From a virus, in IMG/VR virus record IMGVR_UViG_3300026484_000390, positions 4,491 to 68,490 of that record: DNA of 64,000 bases. One strand, given 5' to 3'. A model generated the notes under the pieces. The model ran no database searches, was not told the DNA's origin, and worked only from the letters and a program-made list of their open reading frames with translations. The position numbers and the translations under genes were made by a program. This document shows positions 19,237 through 30,021 of this stretch, one piece after another (positions within the stretch are counted from its first letter, which is position 1; each line of letters opens with the position of its first letter).

Positions 19237-19475
19237 TGATAGTTTTATATAAAAATAAAGATGACAGTATGAAAATTCATACTGGAACACTTATGACAGA
19301 TATCAGAAAATTAGAAAAAGCACTTTATTGTGATGTCATTCCATTAGGAAATGTAGTAAATGGCGAATTAGATTGGAAAAATCGTCATATTCAAGATGTT
19401 GGAATGGAATTTATATTGGCGATAGCCAATAACAGAGAGGCGCTTGAAAAAGGTATGCCTGAATATTTTTTATAA
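19236..19475 (+). CDS. Small hypothetical protein ending PEYFL
   Basis: TAATG coupling to the upstream gene. Confidence 0.7.
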   Translation: MIVLYKNKDDSMKIHTGTLMTDIRKLEKALYCDVIPLGNVVNGELDWKNRHIQDVGMEFILAIANNREALEKGMPEYFL

Positions 19476-19702
19476 GGAAAATATATGAAAACTTTAATAA
19501 CAAAATACACAGAAGAAATTATAAAATTAAAAAACATTTGATAAATATAGTATAGAAGGTTTCATTGAAGGTGCAGATATTACAGAAGCAAAAATTAAGG
19601 TATTAACAAATGTTATAAACGATATGGAACAATTTTAATTCCAATTGATAATACAAAAAAACTTCAACTATTGAATATTTTAAAGGAAAAGATGGATATT
19701 TT

Positions 19703-20008
19703 TTGAAAAAATATGCTGAATTATGTCTTAAATATGATTTTTATGATATTGATCTAGATAAATTAGACAAAGATTCATTAGAACAATGTGAAGTTAATTA
19801 TCAAGAATGGTTAATAGAAAATAATATAAGAGAAAATTCTAAAACTTATACAGTAAATGACTATTTAATGACAAGTATTGATGCTGAAACCATTTCGAGC
19901 GCCACAAGTTCAAATCTTATAAAATATATCGATAGTATTGTACTGCCATTTTGGTATTATTTAAATGGTTCAGTTAGTGAAAACTTTAGAAAAATAAGTG
20001 AGAAATAA
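19703..20008 (+). CDS. Hypothetical protein
   Basis: ORF within an early-gene run. Confidence 0.5.
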   Translation: MKKYAELCLKYDFYDIDLDKLDKDSLEQCEVNYQEWLIENNIRENSKTYTVNDYLMTSIDAETISSATSSNLIKYIDSIVLPFWYYLNGSVSENFRKISEK

Positions 20009-20017
20009 AGGTATAAA

Positions 20018-20419
20018 ATGTTGGATAAATACAGGCTAGAAAGTTATTTAAAAAATAATTTATTTAAAGAAGCAATTAGTAAAATGAATTATTTAAATCT
20101 TTATAATGCGGATGCTAATGATAAATCTAATACTGTTTTAATTAGTAATCAAGATTCAGATAGGGAAGTTCATTCAGAGGAAAAAATACAAGTTTTTAAA
20201 GATGTTCTTCAAATTCAATTCTGGGATGATGAGAATAACATAGGAAAATTCCTTGTTCATTGTGCAGTCGGACAAAGTAGAAGTACTGGCATGGGATGTG
20301 CAGTTGAATGTATTGTTAATTTCAATGGAAGCAGATATGATTATGGAACTGGTTCAAGTGATGTTAAACGACTTGAAAGATATAACCTAAATTTAGCAGT
20401 ATTTGATGCTATTAAGTAA
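20018..20419 (+). CDS. Cys-based (PTP/DSP-like) phosphatase
   Basis: LVHCAVGQSRS HCx5R loop. Confidence 0.8.
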   Translation: MLDKYRLESYLKNNLFKEAISKMNYLNLYNADANDKSNTVLISNQDSDREVHSEEKIQVFKDVLQIQFWDDENNIGKFLVHCAVGQSRSTGMGCAVECIVNFNGSRYDYGTGSSDVKRLERYNLNLAVFDAIK

Positions 20420-20672
20420 ACTAAAAGCCGGAGATATATTTTTATATCAGAAAGATTTGGGATTTGCTATTGATGTATTAATAGTTGAATACATTGCCAG
20501 ATATCCGGACGGAAAGCATGTTGGAAAATTATATCACAGTGAACCTTTTCAATTATTTGAAGATGGGTTAATATGTTATTTTAGTTATGAAAAACTAAAA
20601 GAATTAAATCTAAGAACTAACTCGGATTTACGAGCATATGCAGAAAAAATAAAACCAGAATGTTTTATATAA
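20403..20672 (+). CDS. Small hypothetical protein ending PECFI
   Basis: ORF in early run. Confidence 0.6.
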   Translation: MMLLSKLKAGDIFLYQKDLGFAIDVLIVEYIARYPDGKHVGKLYHSEPFQLFEDGLICYFSYEKLKELNLRTNSDLRAYAEKIKPECFI

Positions 20673-20741
20673 CATTTTCTTTTAAACTCGATTTAATATT
20701 AATCTGTTATAATTATATTAACAAAAACATAAAGGAAACAA

Positions 20742-21038
20742 ATGATAATTATCCAAACAAACGCAGCATTAGGTTATGCAGAATATGCTTCTTTTATAAA
20801 AATACCAAATGGGAAAAATAAATTTTTATGTATTTTTACAAATGAAAAAAGGGGTTATGATAACTGTTATAAACCTGGTGAAATTAAAGAATTTACTTAT
20901 ACATATGACTATAAAATTATTCCTAAAAGTAAATATGATTTAGTTCTTAACGAAAGTCCTTTAAAAGGAACATATTTATATGAAGAATTTTTAAAAAATT
21001 TAAAAGAAAACAAGGAAAATAATGATAAAAATATATAA
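20742..21038 (+). CDS. Hypothetical early protein
   Basis: Early promoter and AAGGA RBS. Confidence 0.65.
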   Translation: MIIIQTNAALGYAEYASFIKIPNGKNKFLCIFTNEKRGYDNCYKPGEIKEFTYTYDYKIIPKSKYDLVLNESPLKGTYLYEEFLKNLKENKENNDKNI

Positions 21039-21666
21039 TTTAGAAATGGCAATTCATTTTTTAGAAAGAAATGATGACAGAAGTTTATTTGCTTGTGGTT
21101 TATATCAAAATAATGAAATGGAATTAACTTATAAAGATTTGGACAAGTTAAGAAAATTAAAAGAAGATAAAGAGAATTCTTGGATGTATCAATATTATAC
21201 TCAAAATCTTGGCGGAAATAAATGGGAAAAGTATGCAGAGTTAGATGTTTTTACTGTTAAAAAAGACAGGTTTGGTAAAAATCCTGGTTGGAATTCTGAA
21301 AGCGAGTTTTTATATATAGGTTATAGTTCTGTGGTATGTGGTCTTCAGGAAAAAATCCAAAATCTCGAATCTCAGTTTAAAAGGGAGCAGGAAGAGAATC
21401 AAAGATTTTTTGGGGAAAATACAAAATACACAGGTATGATTTTAAATATGGCTGACGATTTTGAAAATGATTGCCCGTCTGAAATTAAGGAAAAATTAGT
21501 GGCAGAATATGATAACTGTAAAGATAAATATAAGAGTGATTTCCATATTCTACCTAATATTGTCGCTGCTAAACACATTAAAAACCAACTAGATGAATGG
21601 GCATTTATAGCAGAAGAAACAGACGTTATTGATGGATGGTATGCTGTTTGGTCAATAGGAGATTAA
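21022..21666 (+). CDS. Hypothetical protein
   Basis: AAGGA RBS, 214-aa ORF. Confidence 0.7.
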   Translation: MIKIYNLEMAIHFLERNDDRSLFACGLYQNNEMELTYKDLDKLRKLKEDKENSWMYQYYTQNLGGNKWEKYAELDVFTVKKDRFGKNPGWNSESEFLYIGYSSVVCGLQEKIQNLESQFKREQEENQRFFGENTKYTGMILNMADDFENDCPSEIKEKLVAEYDNCKDKYKSDFHILPNIVAAKHIKNQLDEWAFIAEETDVIDGWYAVWSIGD

Positions 21667-21668
21667 AA

Positions 21669-22007
21669 ATGGATCTTCATAATTTTTCGGGAGTTTCCTC
21701 AATCGAAAATAAAGTAATGAGAAAAGAAGTATTTAGGTCAACGGAAATGAAATATTTTTTTGAAGACATAACACCAGAAATTTATGTATATACATTAAAA
21801 GAGGAGAAATATGAAAATTATCAAGAATTAATTAATAAGGTATTTGCTGGATATTCTGATATTAATGGTAATAATTTTAATTATGATTTAGAAAAAATGT
21901 ATATAAAAATAAATAATAATTATTGTAACCGCACCATATATTTTGTAAATATTAATAAAAATTATTTCAAAAGAAGAATACTTAAAAGAATTTCAAAAGG
22001 AAAATAA
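21669..22007 (+). CDS. Hypothetical protein (likely start MDLHN)
   Basis: AGGAG RBS before ATG 21669. Confidence 0.6.
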   Translation: MDLHNFSGVSSIENKVMRKEVFRSTEMKYFFEDITPEIYVYTLKEEKYENYQELINKVFAGYSDINGNNFNYDLEKMYIKINNNYCNRTIYFVNINKNYFKRRILKRISKGK

Positions 22008-22031
22008 TGGAAGAGTGGGAATTAAGTGGGA

Positions 22032-22240
22032 TATGTAGAAGTACTAAGAATATTAATTCTTATAAGATTCTAATCTATTAAGTTATATAATCTATTAAAT
22101 TTTCTTCTATAAAGATTGTACTAAAATTAGTTACTTACTTTAAGACGAAAAAGTTTAAAGCTTATCTTTATGAGTTCATAACCGACTCTATATCAACTGG
22201 TTCTAAGGTTTTCTTAGAACATCAACGACTACATTTTTAT
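22032..22240 (-). mobile_element. Remnant of a TnpB-bearing IS 3' end (copy 2)
   Basis: Reverse complement matches 34760-34978, including a 36-bp identical block (22089-22124 vs 34881-34916). Confidence 0.75.
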
Positions 22241-22278
22241 ACGGAATCATTACATAATTTTAAAACAGGAAAATATTT

Positions 22279-22482
22279 ATGAAAACAGGTTATGTTCTAT
22301 ACGAACGATTTGGTAAACTAGAAATCTCTTTTGTTAAAGAGGAAGTAAAAAATGAAATTTACTCAAAGTCAATTGGAGTTTGTTCTGAAACTGTTATCGT
22401 CAATTCAGACGATACAGTGATAATTGACTTTAAATCCACCCAAGAAGAAGTAGAAAAAGATAACGCCGAGTACTTTATTTAA
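22279..22482 (+). CDS. Small hypothetical protein ending AEYFI
   Basis: AGGA RBS. Confidence 0.6.
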   Translation: MKTGYVLYERFGKLEISFVKEEVKNEIYSKSIGVCSETVIVNSDDTVIIDFKSTQEEVEKDNAEYFI

Positions 22483-22897
22483 GGTTGTTCTAAGTATAAT
22501 ATGTTATAATTATACATAAACAAAAAGGAATTAAAATGGACTTTATTTTAACTGATGTACAAAAAGCTATAACAGGTTTAACATTAACATTTATAGTTTT
22601 ACCAGGAATAGCACTATTTATTATCTCTAAAATAGTTAGTATAATTCCTGAAAAAATATTAGAAAAAGTTCTATAATGACAAAATTAGATAGGATAATTT
22701 TAACAATAATTGATATTAACCAAAATAGTTCTTTAATTACTAAGGTTTCAACTAAAGATATACATAAATTTATTAAAGATAATAAATTAAAATGGTTGAT
22801 AGAAGATATTGGTAGATCACAAAAAATAGATTTAATTAAAAGTATAATTAAACATAATTTGGAATTTAAGAAAAACCTTAAATGTGAAGGCAATTAA

Positions 22898-23119
22898 ATG
22901 AAAAAATATAAAACTTATTTTGTAACTTGTTCTGAAAATAGTGAGGGAGTTCAAATTCATACTGATTTAAATTTTGATTTAAAAAGAGACGATTTATTTA
23001 TTAATCCAGAAACAGAAACATTAATTATTAATTATGTTTTTGGACAGAAACTTGATAATACTAGAACATTATGTGATATTGAGTTTAATGAAATTCAGAT
23101 TGAAGAATTAAAAGAGTAA
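22898..23119 (+). CDS. Hypothetical protein
   Basis: ORF in early run. Confidence 0.55.
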   Translation: MKKYKTYFVTCSENSEGVQIHTDLNFDLKRDDLFINPETETLIINYVFGQKLDNTRTLCDIEFNEIQIEELKE

Positions 23120-23181
23120 ATTTAATCTTATCTTAAAGTTATTATACTATAAATTATACTATATAAAAAGAAGGATAGAAA

Positions 23182-23715
23182 ATGATTTTGCAAACATCAA
23201 ATATAAACAAACTTAAAGAATTTCAAAGAATCTTACCAGGCCTACAAAGTGAAAAAGGTAAAGACTTAAAAGAAGTTCAGGGTACAATGAATGAAGTAAT
23301 AATTTATAAGTCGCTTGAAGCAGGAAAAGGTATTATTGTAGAAGATACTATTCTTATTGTAGACGGTGAAGAAATTGTAGATATTAGATGGAAAATAGAT
23401 AGCTTAACTACAACTTCAGATATTAGATGGATTGTATCTTTAGGATACAATGACGGTAAATCAATTAAAGTTTATAGAGGAATTATTGATGGTAACTTAG
23501 TTAAAACTGATAAAGAAGGTTTTGGTTTTGACCCTTATTTTATTCCGAATGGAACAGATTTATCATTACAAGAATTAACTGAATTAAACCAAAAAGACAA
23601 ATATAGTGCTAGAAATATTGCTTTAATTAACTTAAAAAACAAAAAATTTACTAAGAAAATTAGAGTTAAAGATGTTCCTGTTTGGACTGGAAAATATCAA
23701 AACGAAGAAGTTTAA
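23182..23715 (+). CDS. Ham1/ITPase non-canonical purine NTP pyrophosphatase
   Basis: TSNINKLKEF, VEDT, GFGFDPYF, SAR motifs. Confidence 0.9.
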   Translation: MILQTSNINKLKEFQRILPGLQSEKGKDLKEVQGTMNEVIIYKSLEAGKGIIVEDTILIVDGEEIVDIRWKIDSLTTTSDIRWIVSLGYNDGKSIKVYRGIIDGNLVKTDKEGFGFDPYFIPNGTDLSLQELTELNQKDKYSARNIALINLKNKKFTKKIRVKDVPVWTGKYQNEEV

Positions 23716-23978
23716 TAATGTATGTATTAGAAGAACGGGATTGTGGTGGATGTGGTAGCACAGTTGTTACTTGGGTAACTCAAATGGAACCGAATCTCAA
23801 GAAGATTTATTACAAAGTGTGAAGCAAAGTGGTTAAGAGTTCCGGGTAATACAGAAATATATGAAACTATGAAAAAGGTTTTATAATGCAAGATGAGATT
23901 TTTTGGAAAACAGCACATATTAACTTTATCTTAAGGTTATTATACTATAATTATACTATATAAAAAGAAGGATAAAAA

Positions 23979-24299
23979 ATGAAATATTATAAGACACTAG
24001 AAACAAAAGCCAAACATATTGAATATTATCTTGATCATAAATGTAATCAAGATAATTTAAAAAAAATTATAGAAAACTCTGGTTATAATTTTTCTGATTT
24101 TAATATTATTAACACAAGAGGTTATGATATGAAACAAGTGCTTAGACTTAAGAAATCAAAAATTAAGAAGGATATAGTTTTATTAGAGCAATTAAAAGTA
24201 TTTTTTATAACTGAGAAAATTTATAATTCACTTAAGATAAATGAAAAAATGTATTATCCAAATTTAGAAAATATTACACCTGAATTAATTTTATCTTAA
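23979..24299 (+). CDS. Hypothetical early protein
   Basis: Promoter and RBS cassette near-identical to that of the ITPase gene. Confidence 0.65.
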   Translation: MKYYKTLETKAKHIEYYLDHKCNQDNLKKIIENSGYNFSDFNIINTRGYDMKQVLRLKKSKIKKDIVLLEQLKVFFITEKIYNSLKINEKMYYPNLENITPELILS

Positions 24300-24342
24300 A
24301 GTATGTTGTGTTATAATTAAAATATAAAAAGAAGGAAAGAAT

Positions 24343-25503
24343 ATGAAATATTATTTAAAAACAATAGAAGAGGTTGAAGCAATCTGTAAAAGAAATGAAT
24401 CTTTTTACATTAAAGAAACTGAAATTGAAGGATCTAGAGTTAAAATAGCCGACTATAGATTAGCTTCAATAACAGATTTTATTCAAGATGAAGCACAAGA
24501 ACTAAGAGGTATTTGTTTTGTTGAACAGGCAGACGGTTCTTGGAAAAGAAATCTACTTATGAATAAATTTCATAATCTTAACGAGACTAAATTTAATGAT
24601 GAAATATCTTGGATGTATGAAGATGTTAAACATAAGAAAGTTATAAGCGTACAAGATAAACTTGATGGGAGTATTTGTAGTCCCGTAAAATATCCAAATG
24701 GTGCAATAAGAATGAAATCCAAAACTTCATTTATTTCCGATCAAGCAGTAATGGCACAAGAGTTTTTTAATAAAAAAAGTATAATGCAAGAAGAAGTTGA
24801 TAAATTATTAGAAAAAGGGAAAACGCCAATTTTTGAACTAATATCAGCAGAAAATCAAATAGTTTTATCTTATAAAAATACAGAATTAATACTACTACAA
24901 ATAAGAAATGAAGATGGTACTTATATGTCTTGTGAAGATATAAAATATTATTCAATTATTATGGGAGTTAAGCAAGCAAAGGTTTACGATAAATCATTTA
25001 ATGATTTGAATAAATTGTTAAAACTTAAAGAAACAGAAGAAAATATCGAAGGTTATGTGGTAACACTAGAAGATGGTCAAATGTTAAAAATTAAATGTAA
25101 TTGGTATTTACAATTACATAGATTAGTTTCACCAAACCAATTTCAAGAAAATCATCTAATTGAAGCAATTTTAGATGGTAATTTTGATGATATCATATCT
25201 CAATTAAACGAAGGGCCAAAAAAAGAAAAATTTATTGAGTTAGAACATTTAATTTCACATAAATTTAATGAATTAGTTCAAGAATTTATAGATTTAAGAG
25301 GCGAATATTTTAACAAATATCAAGAAAACAGAAAAGAATTTGCATTAGCTAATGCTAAAAAACCATTATTTGGTTCAATAATGAAATCTTTAAATACATC
25401 TTTCAGAGATGTAGAGAAAACTGCTGAACAAAGTGTAACTGATTTTATATTAAGACAATGTAAAACTTTGGGTTCTGCTAAAGAGTTCGTAGAAGGATTA
25501 TAA
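24343..25503 (+). CDS. rnlA: RNA ligase 1 (T4 Rnl1 family)
   Basis: ELRG, KFHNLNE, KLDGS, FELIS..NQIV, EGYV, LKIK..WY. Confidence 0.9.
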   Translation: MKYYLKTIEEVEAICKRNESFYIKETEIEGSRVKIADYRLASITDFIQDEAQELRGICFVEQADGSWKRNLLMNKFHNLNETKFNDEISWMYEDVKHKKVISVQDKLDGSICSPVKYPNGAIRMKSKTSFISDQAVMAQEFFNKKSIMQEEVDKLLEKGKTPIFELISAENQIVLSYKNTELILLQIRNEDGTYMSCEDIKYYSIIMGVKQAKVYDKSFNDLNKLLKLKETEENIEGYVVTLEDGQMLKIKCNWYLQLHRLVSPNQFQENHLIEAILDGNFDDIISQLNEGPKKEKFIELEHLISHKFNELVQEFIDLRGEYFNKYQENRKEFALANAKKPLFGSIMKSLNTSFRDVEKTAEQSVTDFILRQCKTLGSAKEFVEGL

Positions 25504-25661
25504 AATGAAAAGAGTTGTTCTTTTAAACAAAGTTGAAGAAGTTAGTGTATTGAAGAAAAATAAAAAATCAATAGCGGCATATAAAAGAAATGGTTGGGTT
25601 CAAATTTATGAAGGTAAATTTGGCTTAACTTTACAAAAAACCGTTAAGAAAGGAATATAAA

Positions 25662-25919
25662 ATGAGAAATATTTTGGATGGAATTAATCCAAAATATTTT
25701 GATGAAGTTTTTGATAGAGTTCAAAAAGAAGCTATTAAAAAGGAAAGGAAATTAACTGAAAGATTAAAACATTATAAAAAAATGCAAGAAAAACATATTT
25801 TTCTTACTAAAAAAGGTTATAAAATTTCAACATTAGGTGGAGGATATGAAAGTAATATAAAAAATACTCAATATTGGCTTGACAAACATATTGAAAAAAA
25901 TATTGAGTTACTTATTTAA
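25662..25919 (+). CDS. Small hypothetical protein ending IELLI
   Basis: AAGGA RBS. Confidence 0.65.
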   Translation: MRNILDGINPKYFDEVFDRVQKEAIKKERKLTERLKHYKKMQEKHIFLTKKGYKISTLGGGYESNIKNTQYWLDKHIEKNIELLI

Positions 25920-26014
25920 TTAGAAGGAAAGAATTTGAAAACTCTTATAAATATTACTAATATTAATGTTTTGTCATTTTTAAGTATTGTATTTAATACT
26001 TTTGGGATATAGTA

Positions 26015-26257
26015 ATGGAATATGAAATAATAGAGGCACAAGAACTTCAAGAAGTGGTAGAAGAAGTTAAAATATGGATTAAATCAGGTTGGAAGCCACA
26101 AGGCGGGATAACTGCAATTTGTGTAGAAAATGAAATTAAAAACGGGCATGATTCTAATTACAGTGGGGTTTTTAGAGGCTTACAACCAAAGAAATTTAAG
26201 TATATGCAGGCAATGGTAAAAGAAATAGAACCAATTAAAATAAAAAAGGAAATATAA
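26015..26257 (+). CDS. Small protein, DUF1737-like
   Basis: YEII...V...IKSGWKPQGG...YMQAMVK pattern. Confidence 0.6.
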   Translation: MEYEIIEAQELQEVVEEVKIWIKSGWKPQGGITAICVENEIKNGHDSNYSGVFRGLQPKKFKYMQAMVKEIEPIKIKKEI

Positions 26258-26710
26258 TTGAAAAAATTAAAAATATTACTGCTTATTATGTTAAGCACAA
26301 GTCTATTCTCAAGGGAAATAATTTATCAGGATTTTGCTATTAGAAATATTGTTTCAGTCTATGATGGAGATACATTTAGAGTTAATTTGCTTTGTAAAGA
26401 ACCTTTATTATGTAGTAATATTCCAATTAGAATATTTGGAATTAATACACCTGAAAGACGAGGCGGTTCTGGAACAGATACAGAAAAGAGAAAAGCAAAA
26501 ATAGCACAAAAATATACTTATAAATTTCTTAAAAATTCAAGAGTCAGATTAGTGAATTGTTTTAGAGGAAAATATTTTAGATTAGTTTGTAATGTTAAAA
26601 GTGAATTAAACGAAGATATAAGTGATTATTTAATTAATACAGGTTATGCAGTACCATATTTTGGTGGAACAAAGACCAAAGATTGGTCAGATGAAAATGA
26701 TGGTTTATAG
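26258..26710 (+). CDS. Secreted thermonuclease (SNase family)
   Basis: Signal peptide; VYDGDT, IRIFGINTPE, GKYFRLV, GYAVPY. Confidence 0.88.
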   Translation: MKKLKILLLIMLSTSLFSREIIYQDFAIRNIVSVYDGDTFRVNLLCKEPLLCSNIPIRIFGINTPERRGGSGTDTEKRKAKIAQKYTYKFLKNSRVRLVNCFRGKYFRLVCNVKSELNEDISDYLINTGYAVPYFGGTKTKDWSDENDGL

Positions 26711-26719
26711 GAGTAAATA

Positions 26720-26947
26720 ATGAGTCAAACTTTAATGGTAAAAAATTATCAGGCAGGGGAAAATTTGGATATTGAAGGTGATATTCAAGATAGTATTTTA
26801 GAAATTCAAGATGAAAATGAGATTGATGAATATGGAGATTATAAAGGTTATATTAAAGTGACAGTTCAATATATTCCAGAAGATAGTTGTGAATGTATTG
26901 GTTTTCAACATAGTACTGGATGTAAGCATTGGATAATGAGTTATTAA
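26720..26947 (+). CDS. Acidic hypothetical protein
   Basis: AGGAG RBS. Confidence 0.6.
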   Translation: MSQTLMVKNYQAGENLDIEGDIQDSILEIQDENEIDEYGDYKGYIKVTVQYIPEDSCECIGFQHSTGCKHWIMSY

Positions 26948-26986
26948 GGAAAAATATAGTATATTATAAAGAAAGAAGGACGGAAA

Positions 26987-27343
26987 ATGGCACAATTAAA
27001 TGAAAGATTAGCAACACAACAGGAAATTACACAAGAGCAACGAGGTAATCTAGATTTATTATATGAAGAAATGGACATCTTATTTCGAACTGAAAAAGAA
27101 GATCCAAATATTAAAGTAACTGGTCAGTATTATGCTGAAGATATGAAAAAATTAGAGTTTAAATTACAAGAAAATTGGAACTTTCCTCAAGATGAATTAT
27201 ACCATACTTGGTGGAATAAATTTAGTAATTGTAAATGTCCTAAATTGGACAATGACGAAAGATTTGGTAGACCAAAAATAATTACTTGTGATTGTCCATT
27301 GCATAAGCATATCTGCCTTGAAGAAGAAAAGGAAAACCCTTAA
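26987..27343 (+). CDS. Hypothetical protein with Cys/His zinc motif
   Basis: HTWW..CKCPKLDN...CPLH. Confidence 0.7.
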   Translation: MAQLNERLATQQEITQEQRGNLDLLYEEMDILFRTEKEDPNIKVTGQYYAEDMKKLEFKLQENWNFPQDELYHTWWNKFSNCKCPKLDNDERFGRPKIITCDCPLHKHICLEEEKENP

Positions 27344-27783
27344 TGAGAACTTTAACAGTAACAGGTACAAGCAATAATTTTAGTAATAGAGAAAACGGTA
27401 TAAATGCAGCTAAAGATAATGCTACATTTAAATTTTCTGAAAGCCTAAATAATAACGAAGTGATAATAGAAGTTAATCATATTAACAATTATTTCTCTCA
27501 CAATTCTCGTAAGGGAACTTCGGAGTCAAGTTGTATAATAGGTACACTTAAAGAAAAATTACTCTATAAACAAAATGAAATAGCTCTAAAAATTGAAAAA
27601 GCTAAATTAATGAACTTTGAAAAGGAATTGACAATAGATAGTAATAATAAACATTTATTGCTTTATTTAGTTGATAAATATGGAATAGAAAAAATGACCG
27701 AATTACTTCAAATATTTAAAGAAGTAGAACCACCATTAAGAGAAAAAGAAGTTCAAAATAATAAACTAAAGAAATATTTATAA
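27343..27783 (+). CDS. Hypothetical protein
   Basis: TAATG coupling. Confidence 0.6.
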   Translation: MRTLTVTGTSNNFSNRENGINAAKDNATFKFSESLNNNEVIIEVNHINNYFSHNSRKGTSESSCIIGTLKEKLLYKQNEIALKIEKAKLMNFEKELTIDSNNKHLLLYLVDKYGIEKMTELLQIFKEVEPPLREKEVQNNKLKKYL

Positions 27784-27791
27784 GGAATAAT

Positions 27792-28421
27792 ATGAAATAT
27801 TTAAAGAATTATTTTAATAGATTTAAAATATTCGACCCTATCACAGAATTCAGAATAATTAATACAATATTTGTAGCAATGGGAATGGCATTATTAGTTC
27901 CTGTTATAATCTCACTTAAAGGGATTTATTTTGCAGCTTGGTTAATTGGTACGTTTTCAATAATTCAAACTTTAACAGTTAAAAGCAATAGTTATATTGT
28001 TGAAAAAGTCTCAATAAGAGCAATGTTTAGACTAGGAATATATATCCATTTTGCTTATATTGGAATGAGTTTATTTTATTTTATATCACCAGAAATTATG
28101 TTATGGACAGATAGCATTTTAGGTATAGTTGAAGTAGCATTATTTAGTGCATTTTCAATAAGCCTTAATAACTATATTACAGATGAACATCCGAGAGATA
28201 TGAGTAAGTTCCAAATTATTAGAAATTCTGTTTGGGCAGATGGATATTTAATTGGATTATTTACAGTAACTTTAGTTACTTACTTTGGAACTATTGGACA
28301 AGCAGTCATATTATTTATTATATTTAATGTTTTATTTAATATATGGATGATAAAAAACTGGAACATTTACAATGATAATGAATATTGTTGTGATTCATTA
28401 TTAAATAAGGACATAAAATGA
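27792..28421 (+). CDS. Polytopic membrane protein (about 6 TM helices)
   Basis: Multiple hydrophobic segments. Confidence 0.75.
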   Translation: MKYLKNYFNRFKIFDPITEFRIINTIFVAMGMALLVPVIISLKGIYFAAWLIGTFSIIQTLTVKSNSYIVEKVSIRAMFRLGIYIHFAYIGMSLFYFISPEIMLWTDSILGIVEVALFSAFSISLNNYITDEHPRDMSKFQIIRNSVWADGYLIGLFTVTLVTYFGTIGQAVILFIIFNVLFNIWMIKNWNIYNDNEYCCDSLLNKDIK

Positions 28422-29059
28422 AAATAACGGTAGAATATTTAGTTAATTTCTTAATTAGTTTTAATAGTAAGAAATATGCACATGAAGATTATATTAATTT
28501 ATATAATAAACAGTTAGAAGTTATTCTTGAAATTCTCAATATTAAAGATTTAATTACTTTTGATAAATCAGATGAGAAAAACCCCAAATTTATTTTCAAA
28601 AGATTATTTCCAGAATATATTAGAGGTAATATAATGCAGGGAATGGAATATGAAAGTTTAAAAAAGACTGAAGAAGTAATTAATTGGACTATTAATGACT
28701 CTTTAGAAAAAATAAATGTTTCAAGAAATATTAGAAATAGCGGCCAGTTGACTACTTTCAATGATATGGAAATGGTTCATAAAGTACTTAATACAAGACA
28801 AAAAGATTATGCAATTGATATTTTAAATAAAAGTATTAAGGAATTATACAAAGAGCAAATTATTGAAGCATTAAGAATGTTATATACGGCAGATTCTCTT
28901 TATAAGAAAAAATTAAAAGATATACAAAAGGATGAAGACCCAGAATGGGATCTTGCAAGTTTAAAAAGAGTACAAAAATCCTGGAGTATTAACAATTCTG
29001 CATCCGAAGAACAAACTGAAATACTTAAAAATAATATTTGTGATTGGGATTATGTGTAA
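28418..29059 (+). CDS. Hypothetical protein
   Basis: ATGA overlap, AAGGA RBS. Confidence 0.65.
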   Translation: MKITVEYLVNFLISFNSKKYAHEDYINLYNKQLEVILEILNIKDLITFDKSDEKNPKFIFKRLFPEYIRGNIMQGMEYESLKKTEEVINWTINDSLEKINVSRNIRNSGQLTTFNDMEMVHKVLNTRQKDYAIDILNKSIKELYKEQIIEALRMLYTADSLYKKKLKDIQKDEDPEWDLASLKRVQKSWSINNSASEEQTEILKNNICDWDYV

Positions 29060-29085
29060 ACTAGGATTAATTTCCTAGTTTTTAT
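29058..29085 (+). terminator. Intrinsic terminator
   Basis: AAACTAGGA-TTAATT-TCCTAGTTT followed by T-run. Confidence 0.7.
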
Positions 29086-29670
29086 TCCTTTTGTAATATC
29101 TTGCTATTAGAAATATAACGTATTTTTACGCTACTTTTATCATAATTTGAGGAATCAATCATATGAACTCAACAACATCCTTCTTTTTTTTAACATCTCC
29201 TATACAAACTTTATTATTTTCAAAAATTATTTCTTTAAAACTATCAGCAAAATTTTTTTATTTTATTCCTAATAAATAAATATGTTCGCTTTTTCAAGTG
29301 TACTTAAAATTGCAATTCCTTCATTTTTTTTGAGAATATTAATAAGCATTATTTTCTAGTTGGTTATGTAAAATATAAACTTTCCTTTAATATGAGCCTA
29401 AGGTTTAATGTGTTATAATTATATAAAGGATAAATAATTCATTTTACTAATAAAAAGCCATTAAAATCTTTGAATTAGAAATACTCTTGAAATTGTCGAA
29501 AATCCAGAGGAAATATTTATAGTTATAAGTATTTTCAAAAAATATAATGGTAATGACTTTCTAGAAGCAAAATATGTTGAAAACTTAAATGAATCACAAC
29601 AAAGTAGAACGACAAATATGTTAGTACAAGACTTTTTTATTACAAGGATTTATTATAAGTAAGAGAAATT

Positions 29671-29970
29671 ATGAAATATTTACACAGAATTATATTTTTT
29701 GGAGGATTGTTTATTATGTTTAAAAATTATACAGTGGGAAGTTTTAAAGTAGAAATAGCATTTTGGGTTCTTGGTTTAGTAACATTAAGTAAATTTGCAT
29801 CAGCCGGAACAGTTTTACAAATAATGGGTGCTACAGATTTACCTTTTCTATTCAACTTAAATGATGGGTTTGTATTATTTTTAAGTATGATAGGAACTTT
29901 TAGATTAATGTATGCCACTACTAAATACTTTAATATTACTCCAAAAATAAAGGAAGATAATGGCAAATAA
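29671..29970 (+). CDS. Small membrane protein
   Basis: Three hydrophobic segments. Confidence 0.55.
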   Translation: MKYLHRIIFFGGLFIMFKNYTVGSFKVEIAFWVLGLVTLSKFASAGTVLQIMGATDLPFLFNLNDGFVLFLSMIGTFRLMYATTKYFNITPKIKEDNGK

Positions 29971-30021
29971 ATTAGAAATTAAAAACTGCATTTTACCCAA
30001 AACAAATGGAGATTCAATATA

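Noticed and set aside
29090-29400. Possible minus-strand pseudogene (fragment ENNKVCIGDV)
   Set aside because: Too degraded to assign a family
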